A stretch of DNA of 61,986 nt, filler included, from Globobulimina sp. (taxonomy: Eukaryota): the NCBI GenBank assembly GCA_003354225.1. It is 20 parts of 20 records of this genome, joined end to end, with 100 filler letters (N's around TTAATTAATTAA, not from the genome) between each part and the next. Parts side by side here need not be neighbours in the genome. Positions count along the whole stretch, not along the records: positions 43,471 to 46,474 come from PIVH01004063.1; positions 46,575 to 49,577 come from PIVH01004064.1; positions 49,678 to 52,680 come from PIVH01004065.1; positions 52,781 to 55,782 come from PIVH01004066.1; positions 55,883 to 58,884 come from PIVH01004067.1; 15 more parts are not named here. One strand, given 5' to 3'. The first letter of the stretch is position 1. Each line of letters opens with the position of its first letter. The notes under the pieces are model-generated. The model was given only the letters and a program-made list of their open reading frames with translations. It was not told the DNA's origin and made no database searches. The position numbers and the translations under genes are program-made. Of this stretch, positions 43,371 to 56,274 are shown one piece after another.

Positions 43371-43758
43371 NNNNNNNNNNNNNNNNNNNNNNNNNNNNNN
43401 NNNNNNNNNNNNNNTTAATTAATTAANNNNNNNNNNNNNNNNNNNNNNNNNNNNNNNNNNNNNNNNNNNNAAAAAACATATATTGAATTATATATGTATT
43501 GATATTTTCAGATTTCGGCACCCAAATCTTGAAAATATCACTGATATTTTGGTCTGATATTTTGTCTTTTAGAGGACAATCGGAGATATCAATGATTTCA
43601 TTTCAAATATTTGTTGAAATTGTTTCTGATCTGAATGATTTAGGAAGTATTGCCTAATTTTTGTTTTTTCAGGGATGGTTTGTTGACTGCTGGTGTTGAA
43701 ATGATCGTTTTTTGGACATTATAAAGCTTTTTGGAGTTGACAATAATACACAAAAAAC

Positions 43759-44987
43759 ATGGCCGCAGAAACCATAGAAACGGCATTAACAAAGTTGTTA
43801 GGAATAAAATATCCCATCATCTCAGCTGGTATGGGTTCTGTGGCAGGTATAGGCCTTCCCGCAGCCGTAATAAATGCTGGTGGTTTCGGGTACTTTATTT
43901 CTATATTTATTTATTATTACATTTTCTTTGTTTATTTATCATATATTCCCAGTGTCATTGGTGGAGTTTATTTATCCCCGCGACTGTTGAGATTAACTGT
44001 AAGAAAATTAAAAGAAAGTTTAAATGATCCAAATGCACCCTTTGGCATTGATTTATTATTGCCCAAAATAGGAGGGAGTGCTCGCAAAACAAATGTTGAT
44101 TATACCAAAGGTAAATTAAATGAGTTGATTGATATTGTTATCGAATCCGGAGCAAAACTATTCGTTTCTGCAGTTGGTGTTCCATCCAAACAAATCGTAA
44201 ACAAATTACATGCAAACAATATATTGGTGATGAATATGTGCGGACACACTAAGCATGCCATAAAAGCTCTAAATGTTGGCGTGGATTTAATTTGTTGCCA
44301 AGGCGGCGAAGGTGGTGGACATACCGGAACCATCGCAACCACTGTGTTGTTACCACAACTTGTAGATATATGTAGAAAATATAAAATGCCATTGTATCCA
44401 CAACATAATGTATATGTGATTGCTGCCGGAGGTATTTATGACGGCAGAGGGTTAGCCATGGCATTGATGTATGGCGCAAAAGCGGTTTGGATGGGAACAA
44501 GATTCGTGGCATCGACAGAATCGTCAGCCAGTCAGAAATTTAAGCAAAGTTTATTGGATGCAAAGGATGATGATATTCTGCGAACTACTATATATACAGG
44601 TATATGCGCAGTATTTTAATTGTTAAATGTTATGATTTTTAATTTGTTAATTTTGTATTGTATATAGGAAGGCCATTGAGAGTGATTAAAAATGAATATA
44701 ATGAAAATTGGGAAAGGAATAGGAAACAAGAAAGAGATAATTTATTGAAGAAGGGCATTGTTCCATATTTGAATGATGTGAAGAATTATACTGCAAAATA
44801 TGGGGAAAAGGCAGGGAAATTATATCAAGCTAAGCTTTATCGGGAAGAAAGAATGTTAAGTGGCCAAGTTGCAGGATGTATAAAAGATATTAAACCGGCA
44901 GGACAAATTGTGCATGATGTGATGAATCAATGCATTGCATGTTTAAAATTTACGTATAAACATATTAAACATGCGTCGAAATTATAA
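43759..44987 (+). CDS. Nitronate monooxygenase (2-nitropropane dioxygenase) family (introns 43890-43952, 44600-44667)
   Basis: LLGIKYPIISAGM, FVSAVG, QGGEGGGHTG, AAGGIYDGRGLA, WMGTRFV, YTG|RPLR and GQVAG motifs. Confidence 0.93.
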
Positions 44988-45126
44988 TTATTGTTTGTAA
45001 CTTGCAAACCCGAAATGCTATATATTTGTGACGTGAATTAACATTTTTTTTGTGACATCTCATAATCATTTTGTAACATCTCATAATCATTTTGTGTGTA
45101 TTATTGATCAACAAATAAATACCAGT

Positions 45127-46104
45127 ATGTTAGTGCTATTTTTGATAGTAAATTTAGTACTTCAGTCAGGACTAACATCCAATGAACATCTAATTATATC
45201 TGGTGGTCCTGGCACTAGACTTGAGCAACGTCAACCGGATGCATCACATGTACATATTCATGCAAAAACTAGTTCCTTACCAGAACAAGACGTAACGATA
45301 CATATTCATCATGCAAATAAAGAAGAAACATTATCAGCTGGCGATATGCAACAAGCAGATGATGTAACAAATATAGCAACTACACCAATAATATCCGCAC
45401 CAGACACGTGTCAACAATACATTGATGACATGAAGTCAGCAAATATACAAAAAAATGAGATGGCGATACATCTCACTTCGTTAGAATTAAGATTTAGAAA
45501 ATTAGAGCAAGAATATCATTTATTACAACACACAAAAAAACGTTTAGATTCAGACAAGAATCCAACCAAAGTTCCAACAGCAACGAAAGGCAAAGTGTTT
45601 CCCGTTAATGACCATACACAAAACAAGCAACAATCTATAAAAACGTCTTCGAAATTTGATGATGACGATAAACAAAAAGAAGATGAAGAAAGTGATGAGA
45701 AAACTGTAGAAAATCCGAAAGTGCCGAAACAAAAAAAGAAAAAATGGAGTAAATGGACAATAGTAATTATAGGAATCGTATTGTTGATCCCAGTGATGAT
45801 CGCAATAATATTTTTTTATTTTTCAAAGAAAACTAAGGATACAAAAGATAAAGATACTGAATTTGTTATGGATGCATCAGAGATGAATTCGAAAGAGAAT
45901 TCAAGTCAAAAAAGTCAAAGAAATTTACCTTTTGTATTAAATGAACCAAATATGGATAAAGATGTAAATATTTATTCCAGACAATCAACAAATGCAGATA
46001 TTCGACGATTGAGTAAGAATTTGAATGGATATTTTCGGAATTCTGATTCTTCAAAAAAACATGATAATGACGCCATTCCGTCAACTCGTAACGACGCAAT
46101 GTAA
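45127..46104 (+). CDS. Type I single-pass membrane protein with coiled coil
   Basis: Signal-like N-terminus, coiled coil, TM segment WTIVIIGIVLLIPVMIAIIFFYF followed by basic residues. Confidence 0.65.
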   Translation: MLVLFLIVNLVLQSGLTSNEHLIISGGPGTRLEQRQPDASHVHIHAKTSSLPEQDVTIHIHHANKEETLSAGDMQQADDVTNIATTPIISAPDTCQQYIDDMKSANIQKNEMAIHLTSLELRFRKLEQEYHLLQHTKKRLDSDKNPTKVPTATKGKVFPVNDHTQNKQQSIKTSSKFDDDDKQKEDEESDEKTVENPKVPKQKKKKWSKWTIVIIGIVLLIPVMIAIIFFYFSKKTKDTKDKDTEFVMDASEMNSKENSSQKSQRNLPFVLNEPNMDKDVNIYSRQSTNADIRRLSKNLNGYFRNSDSSKKHDNDAIPSTRNDAM

Positions 46105-46233
46105 TTCAAAATGAATGTATATTTTAAAATAAATAATTCGTTAAACTTCTTAATTTCCATTCTTCATTTTGATTCTTGCACGGCAGTTAAAGCTATGTGT
46201 AAGCATGGAGTCTACGTTTGTTACTACTTAAAA

Positions 46234-46322
46234 AGATAACCCCCCTGTATACCATTAAGAGAAATATTCGGTTCACGTTTGTTGGAAACGTAAGAGAAAT
46301 ATTCGGTATACAGGGGCTATCT
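46234..46322. repeat. Short element with inverted ends and an internal direct repeat
   Basis: CCCCTGTATACC...GGTATACAGGGG inverted repeat enclosing two copies of TAAGAGAAATATTCGGT. Confidence 0.6.
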
Positions 46323-46767
46323 ATCTGAATATATGATTAAAAACGTTTCTGACATATATCATTCAACGTTCTTTGACATTGTATACAATAAAAGCAGTAG
46401 AAACAAGCACTTTATCGTCCAGTCCTGTAAACAAATCAATTAACAACAAGACAATACATTTTAGTACGAAGAGANNNNNNNNNNNNNNNNNNNNNNNNNN
46501 NNNNNNNNNNNNNNNNNNTTAATTAATTAANNNNNNNNNNNNNNNNNNNNNNNNNNNNNNNNNNNNNNNNNNNNATCATAATAAATGGTCGCGATGTTCA
46601 TCTCATCGACTTTTGGCGGCACCACCAAGATGCTATTCCGGCACAAAAATATTTTTTCAAGTTTTCCATCAAAACTTTATGTATTGATTTTATCATTGTG
46701 TGTTGAAAAAAGTTTATAAATCAAGATGTTACGAGAAAAGCAGTCTCTTTTCCGTCTAGTTTATCGA

Positions 46768-48660
46768 TCACATTTTATGTTTGTGTATTTTGATATGAGT
46801 ATCAGTTTCTTGTTGAAAAGAATCATCTGATACCAGTTTGGCATGCTCGTCGCCATGCACATCATGAGTAACATCATCGACATTATCACTCTCAACATCT
46901 GAATAATCTGAATATATTTCCATTTTTTGATTTGCAATAATTTCATTGTTTACTTTGTCAAACATTTGCGCCACATTCACATCATCAAACTCATCCAAAT
47001 CGGCCGACTGTCGGTTTGGTATTCTATTCCTTTCCATGATCTCATTTTCAGCCAAAACGGATGATTTTATATCTAAAACCAATAAGGCATTCCTTCTGAA
47101 ATGAAAATCAATCAACTCCGTCTCCTCCAATTTCAGTATAAACTCGTTCTCAATCACTTGTTTCAAATGTTTCAACGACTTAATTTTTATATTTCCTATC
47201 TTGTCCAGAATGATATTGACAAACTTATTTGAGCCCATATTCGTATGATGCGGCCGCACTGAGCTCATTATAATGATCTCCTCAATGCCATGTCCTCCAT
47301 CCTCAGTGCCCTCACACTTAATATCCGTCTCAGAATACGGCAAATGTCCCTTCATCGCTTCCGTAATCAGGTCTCGTGGCGCAATGTGATACCAATCATC
47401 ACCCCATGTATGCAAATATGGCTGCGTTAAAATCGTAAATATACAGCCTCCAAATATATAATATGACGATTGTGCATCGTATTGATGGATAGGTACCAAA
47501 TGCGAATTGTATATGGATAATTTTATATCTTTCAATTGTATCTCTTGCATATCTCTCCAGACAGTCACATCTATGCTCTCCTCGTCATATTTGAGTGAGA
47601 TTAAGTGCTCCATTGCGATGGTTTCATTCTCTCGGAATTGCGTACTTCCATCGTTATGGATGGCATATCCATCGATATGTGTTATTATGTCATGTTCTTT
47701 GATCACTCCTTTACTCACTGAATAATCAAAAACATTCGTTACTAATATGCCCGTTTTATGCGCAGGTAAACCAAAAAAGCGATGAATACTTTGTGTGTCC
47801 AATAAGCTCTGATACGCAATACCAATAAAACAAAAACCGCGATACTCTCCAAAACGCTTCATATCGCCCAAAAAATGAGCAATTATCGTGGTTGGGATGA
47901 TAAATCCGACATTTTCAGCATCACTGGAGTTATAAAAACGCGTTTTTCAGAGTTTTAGGTCTGAAATTTCGAGAATATGTTAACTTAACGGCATGTTTTG
48001 AAAGGCAATGCCAATGACTTTCCCATCCATAATGGCAGGGCCTCCACTGTTGCCGCTGTTGATGGCTGCGTCGATTTGTATGGCTAATAAATAGTGCGCA
48101 GCGTGGATATATGATACAACTTCCACCCGTGAGACAACTCCGCGTGTCACGGATATGGCATCGCCGCCGGTGGGGTATCCAAGCACTGTCACTGTATCTT
48201 GCAATTGCGGAATACCTCCAAATTCAAAGTATTCCGAATCGGAGATTGTATCGAAAAACGATTTATCTTCAACGTCTAACATAGCGATGTCACATTCGTG
48301 CCCCACTGCCACTACTTTGGCTGGGAAATGAGTGCCGCTGTTATGCTTGGTTACGGTCACAAAACTTTGGTCGGCCACAACGTGTGCGTTGGTTAAGATT
48401 TTTTTGTCCGAGATTATAAATCCGGAGCCTGTCGAGTGTCGTTGTGTTTTGTTTTGCCATTGTTGGCCACGATCTGGCGGGCTTCGAGTGCAATGAATTT
48501 TGACTACTTGCGATAACGGTAGTTTTTTGTCATTCAGATTGTCTGGAAATGAAGAAAATTTGTAGTGGTGGTGATAGCAAATCGGGATGGTATGTGCATG
48601 CTCGATTTGACTGTTACGACGCCATGTTCGTGTCAGATTAGTGAAAAACCGTCTTCGCAT
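46768..48660 (-). CDS. Deg/HtrA serine protease, Deg2/9/10-like, probably mitochondrial (intron 47924-47989)
   Basis: Arg-rich presequence, LTNAHV, CDIAML, DAAINSGNSGGP, two PDZ-like regions. Confidence 0.93.
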
Positions 48661-48723
48661 GATTTATATTTTTGTTTGTGTCAAAATCTCTATTTAAAAC
48701 TATTACACTTTTTATCATAGAGC

Positions 48724-49118
48724 ATGTCCAAGAAACCAACAATCAGTGCAACAATCAAAATATTGCAGGAAGCAGAAGGTCATGTGGTTACAGTGGAATT
48801 GATCAATAATGAAACATTTAGAGGCACTCTGTCGCATTCTGAAGTTTTGTATTTATATCCTTGCTCTTAATTTTCAAATGATTGTATTATTGCAATTATA
48901 AACAGGAGAATATGAACTGTGAATTGCGTGGTGTAACACATAGAGCAAGAAACGGAATGATCAGTAAAATCGAAAGTGTGTTTATCAGAGGAAACCAAAT
49001 ACGATACTTTTTACTGCCAGATTTATTAAAAAACGCCAAGGAATTTGATCATATAAGAAACATTTCTATGGAGAAGCAAAAGGAGAGGAAAAAAAGTAAA
49101 AAAAGAACACATAAATGA
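48724..49118 (+). CDS. SNRPD3: snRNP protein Sm D3 (intron 48844-48905)
   Basis: IKILQEAEGHVVTVEL...FRGTL..SE|ENMNC...VFIRG.QIRYFLLPDLLKNA. Confidence 0.88.
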
Positions 49119-49677
49119 ATGATTAACATTGTTACATTCCTTTAACACATATTGTATGAAACGTATATCTGGAATAGAAATAATTTAATCCTTGCACTAC
49201 AACCGATTGTCTTCAATGCAATCCTTTAAAACTAGTCGTTTCTGGAATTATTCGTCTGTTTTATTGTTATTTCCGTGAAAAATCAGAGTCGCAAACGTTT
49301 TTGACATTAAATACACAACGAAATGCATCAACGTTAACATTAGATTAGAAGAGTTGAAACAAAATTTAATTCAGTCTGCGTCTTTTTGCATCAGCACTCA
49401 CAAAGTCATATGTTCTCTTTTTACAACACATTTCATTATTCTTTACATAGATATCCTCCTCATCCAATTGTTGAAAAACGACTTTCCCGATAACAAAATG
49501 AACAATAATTTCAGTACAATCAGTTATCAACACATCGCCTAATAAGCCACACAACAAATCCATCAATTCTCTATTCANNNNNNNNNNNNNNNNNNNNNNN
49601 NNNNNNNNNNNNNNNNNNNNNTTAATTAATTAANNNNNNNNNNNNNNNNNNNNNNNNNNNNNNNNNNNNNNNNNNNN

Positions 49678-50186
49678 CTGAATATATCTGATATATATAC
49701 AGGCAATTATTGAAGCTGATAACTCATAAAGTTATGACAATACGATTTAGATCGAAACGTTCATTACGGGATAAAACTGAATCATTAGACTTAACATTTA
49801 CTGATCAGTTATTGGTGGATTGTATATCAAAATATTTGGTTTTAGGCATCGCATCGTTTACTACTTCATTACTTGTACTCATTTGGATATTTTTGCACTT
49901 TTTCATCTTATTTGGAGACATTTATGGAGAAATATTGAAATGTGTGATTGTTGTTGATGTGATCAATAATATCCTATGTATATATCTTCAATTTAATTAT
50001 GCAACTCCAGCATACAGGAAAATATGTGGATGGTTTGATGTGGTAATTTATCGATCTGTGGAGAGCAAAGCTTCAGCGGAATTAGGTGATAATACATTTG
50101 CTTTTTATTCAAGGGAATTTGCAGAAACTATTCATGATAGGGATATCGATGTAGATATTCCTGAAATAAGTCCTTTTTTAGTATAA
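49678..50186 (+). CDS. Multi-pass receptor-like protein, 3' fragment
   Basis: Two TM helices then D..NN.LCIYLQF...Y.KICG.FD, as in the other 7-TM-like genes. Confidence 0.6.
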
Positions 50187-50235
50187 TCTTGTAAAATATA
50201 AATGAAGTAAGTGCGCAACTGCGAGTGCCGGCCAT

Positions 50236-50410
50236 AATTAACTTTTTTGGCTTAGTTTCGTTTAGTTTCATTTCAACGATTAGAAAAGTTTTTTGTTAGC
50301 TAGAGTGGTTTTGAACCTAGCATTCGAAGTTGAAAATCACTCTAGCTAACCCAAAAACTTTGCTAATCGTTGAAATGAAACGAAACGAAACTAAGCCAAA
50401 AAAGTTAATT
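50236..50410. mobile_element. Foldback/MITE-like long palindrome flanked by TTAA
   Basis: About 80-bp near-perfect arms (AATTAACTTTTTTGGCTTAGTTTCG... / ...CGAAACTAAGCCAAAAAAGTTAATT); TTAA at 50238-50241 and 50405-50408. Confidence 0.7.
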
Positions 50411-50621
50411 GAAACTTTTCGAGCAATTTTGTTATGAAAAAATAGAGACTGAATAAGTAATAAATTTGCAATTTAAGTATAAGAAATAATAGGGAATAGT
50501 GAATAGCCAACGCTAGGAAGGAATTACAATATTAATATAAAACAAATGAATGAATGAGATAAGATAAGAGTTATAAAATACACAGTGCACTGAGTGCAGC
50601 TGATTTGATTGAATCATGTAC

Positions 50622-52680
50622 TTATTGTGGTGTATGGGTAGCCATTGAATTTTGAATCATATACACAGCAGTTCGTATTTGTTGAGCGCTTCCATTTATT
50701 GTAATATATCTTTGTTTTGTTTTATTTTGTCTTTCGTTATCAATTTTTATTTCAGCATTAGTTTGTCGCCGAATCTCTTGAATATTTCTGCCGCCTCTTC
50801 CGATCACACCGCCAATCAAATGCGACGCCACCGGCAAAACCACAGAAGTATAACGCTGCGGTTGTTGCTGTTGCTGTTGCTGTACCTGTTGCTTCTGCTG
50901 CTGCTGCGACATTGCTCTCGCATTATAATACGACAATCGCTGCGAATAAGTACTATTATTACTGTTATTATTATTGGTATTATTATGATTATTATGTATG
51001 GAGACGGAGTGGACATAGTTACGATTATTATGCGATTTGTTACGATTATTATTATTATTACTATTATTAGTATTATTATGGTTATTCATTGAGTATGAAA
51101 CATGGGAGTTGGGATTGGATGAAGTTGAATGTGGGAAATTATTATCTGGGAACAATAGAAAATAAATAAAGATAAGATAAGGAACGAAGCAATAGTTTGT
51201 CATTTATAATACAAGTGTGGATTACAAGGATGTGTACGGTGTACATACGAGATGAAGGTGAAGGAGTGGTGGACAACAAAGGGGTTAACAATGAAGGCGT
51301 ACCCATAGCGGTCGTAGAGATAATTTGTGGCTGTACATAGGCATAATTTAGTAACCGATGACTATGGTTCATGGCGTACGGATACGTGGAATAGGTTTGG
51401 TTCAATGTGGCATAATACGGGTTATTATACGGCAATGCGTGCGCTTTTATACCTGTGTTATTCTGATATTTTACAGGAGAGTGTAGACGCGAATGTGTAT
51501 GCGAATGCATGTGCGTTTGTTGGATGTCAATGGACGGATCGTATAACATTTGCGTATGGACATAGGCGGCGTTTAAGCATATTTTCTTCACAATCATAGT
51601 GATGGCACTGTGTACAGACCCTCGCTCGCCATAAATATCCACCGTCTTCTCGGAGGAATCGCGCAATAAATGACTACTTATATAGATATTTGCATTTGTA
51701 TGGTTGCGGATTTGTGTAATCGCATTACCTTTTTTACCGATTAAACAGCCGATGTTCTTCTCCTCCACCAACATGGTGACTTGATACGGATATTGTTGCT
51801 GTGGATGGGGATGCGGAGCTGCTTCGCTGTGCGCACTTTGCCTCTGTTCCTGTGCCATCACATCGGTAATTAAATGGATGCCGCATATAATCGGCTCGCA
51901 TTCGCCTTCAATGGAACAGATGCGAAACAATGAGTGTTGGATGGGCTTCGCAATCAAGATTTTCGCATCGCAATTTTGTCGGATTTTAGTGATGGTACAG
52001 CCGCCTTTACCGATTAAGCCGCCAACGCGTTTTGCGTCTAATAATAAGCGCATCAGCCGCGGATTATGGCCATTGCGCTGTGCTGCAATATGAGTCTTAT
52101 AGTCTCGGCTGCGAAATTGCGCATTTTTCAGGTTATGCTCACTTTCTTCGTTTTTAATCAGTTTGAAATCAGTGGCATCGCTAATGGTGCTGTTGGTGGT
52201 GTTGCTGGAACTTTCTTTTTTGATTATGCCCACTTTTTCAGTTTGATTATGATTTTCAGTGTGAATTTGAGTTTGACCCTCGAGTTCTGACTGGGGTTCA
52301 GGTTTTGCGTCGGGTTCAGGTTTTGCGTCGGCTTCAGCTTCGGCTTCGGGATTGACATCGGGTGCAGTTTGAGTTTGAGTCTGTCCGCCTTGTGGTGCGT
52401 CATTAGAGTGGTTATTATAATTAAATAAGGAGACGGTGGCATTTTTTGTTTTTTTTTGTATGGTCATGGAGAAGACCGGTTTTTTCTGTTGTGGTGGTAT
52501 TTGTGATTGTGAGTGTGTCAGTGATTCATTTTCCATTTGGAATGTGTTGATATTTATATTTTTTGTATTAAGGGTGTTGCGGGAGATGGCAACATTGGAA
52601 TGGTGCTTATCATTGGCTGGTATTGGCGGTGGTGGTGCTGATACAGAATTATTTGAACAATCATAACTTGATAATATGGT
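50622..52680 (-). CDS. Triple-KH RNA-binding protein (PCBP/hnRNP K-like), 5'-partial (intron 51146-51248)
   Basis: Three KH motifs: VGGLIGKGG, IGCLIGKKG, IGGVIGRGG. Confidence 0.92.
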
Positions 52681-52780
52681 NNNNNNNNNNNNNNNNNNNN
52701 NNNNNNNNNNNNNNNNNNNNNNNNTTAATTAATTAANNNNNNNNNNNNNNNNNNNNNNNNNNNNNNNNNNNNNNNNNNNN

Positions 52781-54547
52781 ACACCATCAGCCCCCACTTT
52801 CGTAGCTCTCACAATATTTTCATACAGTTTCCATCCTTTCTCCCTCCACTTATTATCCTGCGTCACCCGATACAAATACATCATAGTCTCGACAGTTTCC
52901 GGTCGCAATATATAATAATCCACACCAATCTGCATACCAACATCATTAAAGCGCACATATTCCGGCGCTACGCCAGAGGCGGTCTGCACAAACATTTGAT
53001 AGCAAGTCTCCCCGAGCGATTCCCCCATGGCCTAGTGTTACGCATTCATTTCCTCTCTGTATCCAGCTCCATGGTAAACCCCCAACGCCAACATCCCGCC
53101 GGTAAAGCAAGCGAGTTCATCAAATTTAGCATCATTATGACCCCCCTTCCACTCTGCAATATAGTTGAGCCCTGACGGCGTATTAAAAGACCATAAATGT
53201 TCCTTCATTCCTTCCACAGCGTCAATATACATTCTCCTATAGCGAGAATCCGCTTTTTTACCAGTATATATCCAGAATTTGAGCTAGTATTCCTAGATAT
53301 AAAAAGGAGCATTAATGCCAGTTAGAACATGCATGCAAAATTGAAAAAAAATAATAGCACATTACATAGAAAGAATCGCCCATAGCTCCCCATGAAATAT
53401 GATTATTTTTGAATTTGATATTCTTGCTGTTGGCGTCTAGAAACAATGGATACTGTCCACGTAACGGCAAACTTGGCCCGCCGTCGCGTTGCGGGTCCAA
53501 TGTCTCAAACACTTTGGAAGCTAAGTCGCCAAAAACGCGCGTTTGTTCAGTGTCTAATCGGTCAGATAAGGATTGGAACTCTAACTGAATGGTTCCAACT
53601 TCAGCTAACAACACACTGCCACCAGTCCAGCCAGCGGATTTTTTGTGGCCATTTGCTAAGTTAATCTGAGAGAGCGGCATTCCAGACGCTGTGCTGAAGA
53701 CAGGTTTCATGCGTTGTGCTAAATCGTGCGCTTTGGATAAATACAATTGGTCGCCGGTGAGGTCGTAGATACTCATCAAACCGCCCAAGCACCGAATGGT
53801 GGTTTCAAAAAAAGATACGCCACGGTTCACGTTGAAGTTTAAAGAGGATTCGATCCAGTCCCGAGCTGAGGATAAGGTATCGGTTAAACCCTTTGTTTTT
53901 GTGTGTTGTGAGTGTGCTGCAATGAGTGCAAGGATGGCGATCATACCATGATATACATAGTATCGAGTGCATCGATGATGGTTAGACCCAGACCGACCCA
54001 GTTATGGCACTTCGAGCCGATTGGGACTAATTCGTCTTGGCCATGGCAGCTGGAATCATATGCGTTGTATGCATCGATGAAAGTGTCTCGAATTTGCATG
54101 CGTTTGTCGAAGACGCCAATGTCATCGGTGAGTTGTTGTTGCAAGTTGGCGGTTATGAATACATCAAAGTTGTATGATGAGGTTTTGCTTTTTGGGTTGG
54201 TGTTGGTGTTGGTGTCTGTTTGAGGTTGTTTTTCATTTATTTTGTTAGGATATGGTTGAGGCAGTTCGATTTCAATTGGAAGTTGGTGTTGATGCGTGTG
54301 ATCCTATTTTTATATATGGTGATGTTGTGTGATGTGGATGTTGTATATGGTGTTATGTACACTCAACAGGGAGGTTAAAGTATATTATTGTTATGATGGA
54401 TAAAAATATTAATCCAACAAAGATCAGTGTTAATAGGATTGAATTGAATGAGGACGTGGATTGCGGTTTCGTTGGTGATAATGTGCGATGACGAAGTTTT
54501 TGTAATTGTTTAGATCGTGCTGAAGATTTTGTGTCTTTCGTGAGCAT
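52781..54547 (-). CDS. Class I alpha-1,2-mannosidase (GH47), multi-exon, 3'-partial
   Basis: N-terminal TM anchor; GQDELVP, GLTIIDALDT, SFFETTIR.LGGL, LAEVGTIQLEF, GAMGDSFY, LACF.GG and YILRPETVE motifs. Confidence 0.93.
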
Positions 54548-55882
54548 GGTGAGGACTAGCTTACTTCGTGAAAATCAGTAAAATATTTGCCTCATTATGT
54601 CAGAGCTAATCTCGTTGGATGACGTTCAAGTTATGTTTGTTGCACAAGTTGGGAGAGAATTTAGTGACGTAAGTAAATGGTGACCAAGACACACAAAAAA
54701 ATAAAACAAAAACCTATAAATGCTTATTCAGATGATACAGATAAAGTTTTGAAAGAAAATCAATCATTAAAACAACAAATAAAACAAATATTGAGTGAAA
54801 ACGATGCACATAAACGAGTTAAATTGTTAATTGTATATGCACAACGACCTTGTTTTGAGATTATTCAAGTAGGATTGGATAATTCCATCGATTTTTGAGA
54901 TTAGTCAAGCAGTTATTGGAAAGTTGTGGTTTGCAGTCACAACTATTGAGCTACTTTATTGTGGCGAGCGATTAACTCCAAAAGTTGAAGTCTGACATAC
55001 ATATTTTCGTTTTTGTATTGAAATAATTACTAAATAGTTGCCCATTTTCGCATAGTGACTAAGTAACTTTTGTAGGCTCCGATTAAGTGTTTACCTTGCC
55101 ACCATCGCAGTTTAGTATAGTCGATCAAAAGAAATAGAAACTGATTTAAATGCGACATTTATATTATATGCATTCCACGGGCGATGTGATTATGATAACA
55201 CTCAAATGATTACTAACCAATTAAAAACGATGATTGATATTGGTATCAAATATTAGGGAGAAATATATCACGCTGCAACGCATATTCGCATTCATCAAAT
55301 CATTCGCATGATATAATCCACGACATTTCCCACCGTAACTCGGTGCTATGATTGCTACGAAACAATCAATCGTAACTCAGGTGGACTTGAAAAATAAGAT
55401 AAATTATGTCGGTTTCAAACTAAAAAACATGTAAAATTACACACATTATGTATACAAAACATATTTATTCACAACATGTGCATGGCAATAATTATACTCA
55501 CAGCCTAAATACCGCACAATTATTTTTTGAATGCTATCACATCCACAACGCAACGAACGCATATAATATAATATAACATGTTTTGCATAATGTATATGCT
55601 TACAAATCAATACAGTTTGTCGTATAAAATCTGAGATTGTCCGTCCGATCTCAAAGTTTTCTTTTTAGTGAACAGGTAAAATACGCAATGGACAGTAAAC
55701 AGTCAAAAGAAAACAAACAACGCTCAGTGCCACCAACACAAACAAACAAACAAAACGATGACACATCCAAACCATTAATCGANNNNNNNNNNNNNNNNNN
55801 NNNNNNNNNNNNNNNNNNNNNNNNNNTTAATTAATTAANNNNNNNNNNNNNNNNNNNNNNNNNNNNNNNNNNNNNNNNNNNN

Positions 55883-56217
55883 GAGGTTATTTCATCGATG
55901 ACATTGTGTTCTTCCTCTGCTACGATTATATGTTTTGCCTTTTGTGTGTTTTGCGGCAATGAGGCTAAGGTTTGAATGGCAGAAACCACCAACGGAGCCA
56001 ATACAGGTTGGGATGCAGATAAATCTGATATTAATTTAATAAATGAAGGAGAACCCATTGACATTGAAGCTCTATCGGTCATGCCATGCTTTATAAAGAA
56101 TTGTTTGGCCTGTTCGAGATGGTTTGCTTCGATCCATTTATCAAAATCAAAATCCTCACCTTCACCTTGCATTTGGTCATGGATTGTTTCTTGGAGACTT
56201 GCCATTATCTCCAACAA
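55883..56217 (-). CDS. Protein with SAM-like N-terminal helix bundle, 3'-partial
   Basis: FDKWIEANHLEQAKQFFIKHGM pattern; head-to-head with 56275. Confidence 0.45.
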
Positions 56218-56274
56218 CTACTTTTTTGCTAAAGTTTTTCTTCAGTGTTCGTATATAAATCCACAACGTACTGA

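Noticed and set aside
54677-55000. Short ubiquitin-like gene remnant
   Set aside because: Only weak similarity and an interrupted frame; it cannot be supported as a feature.
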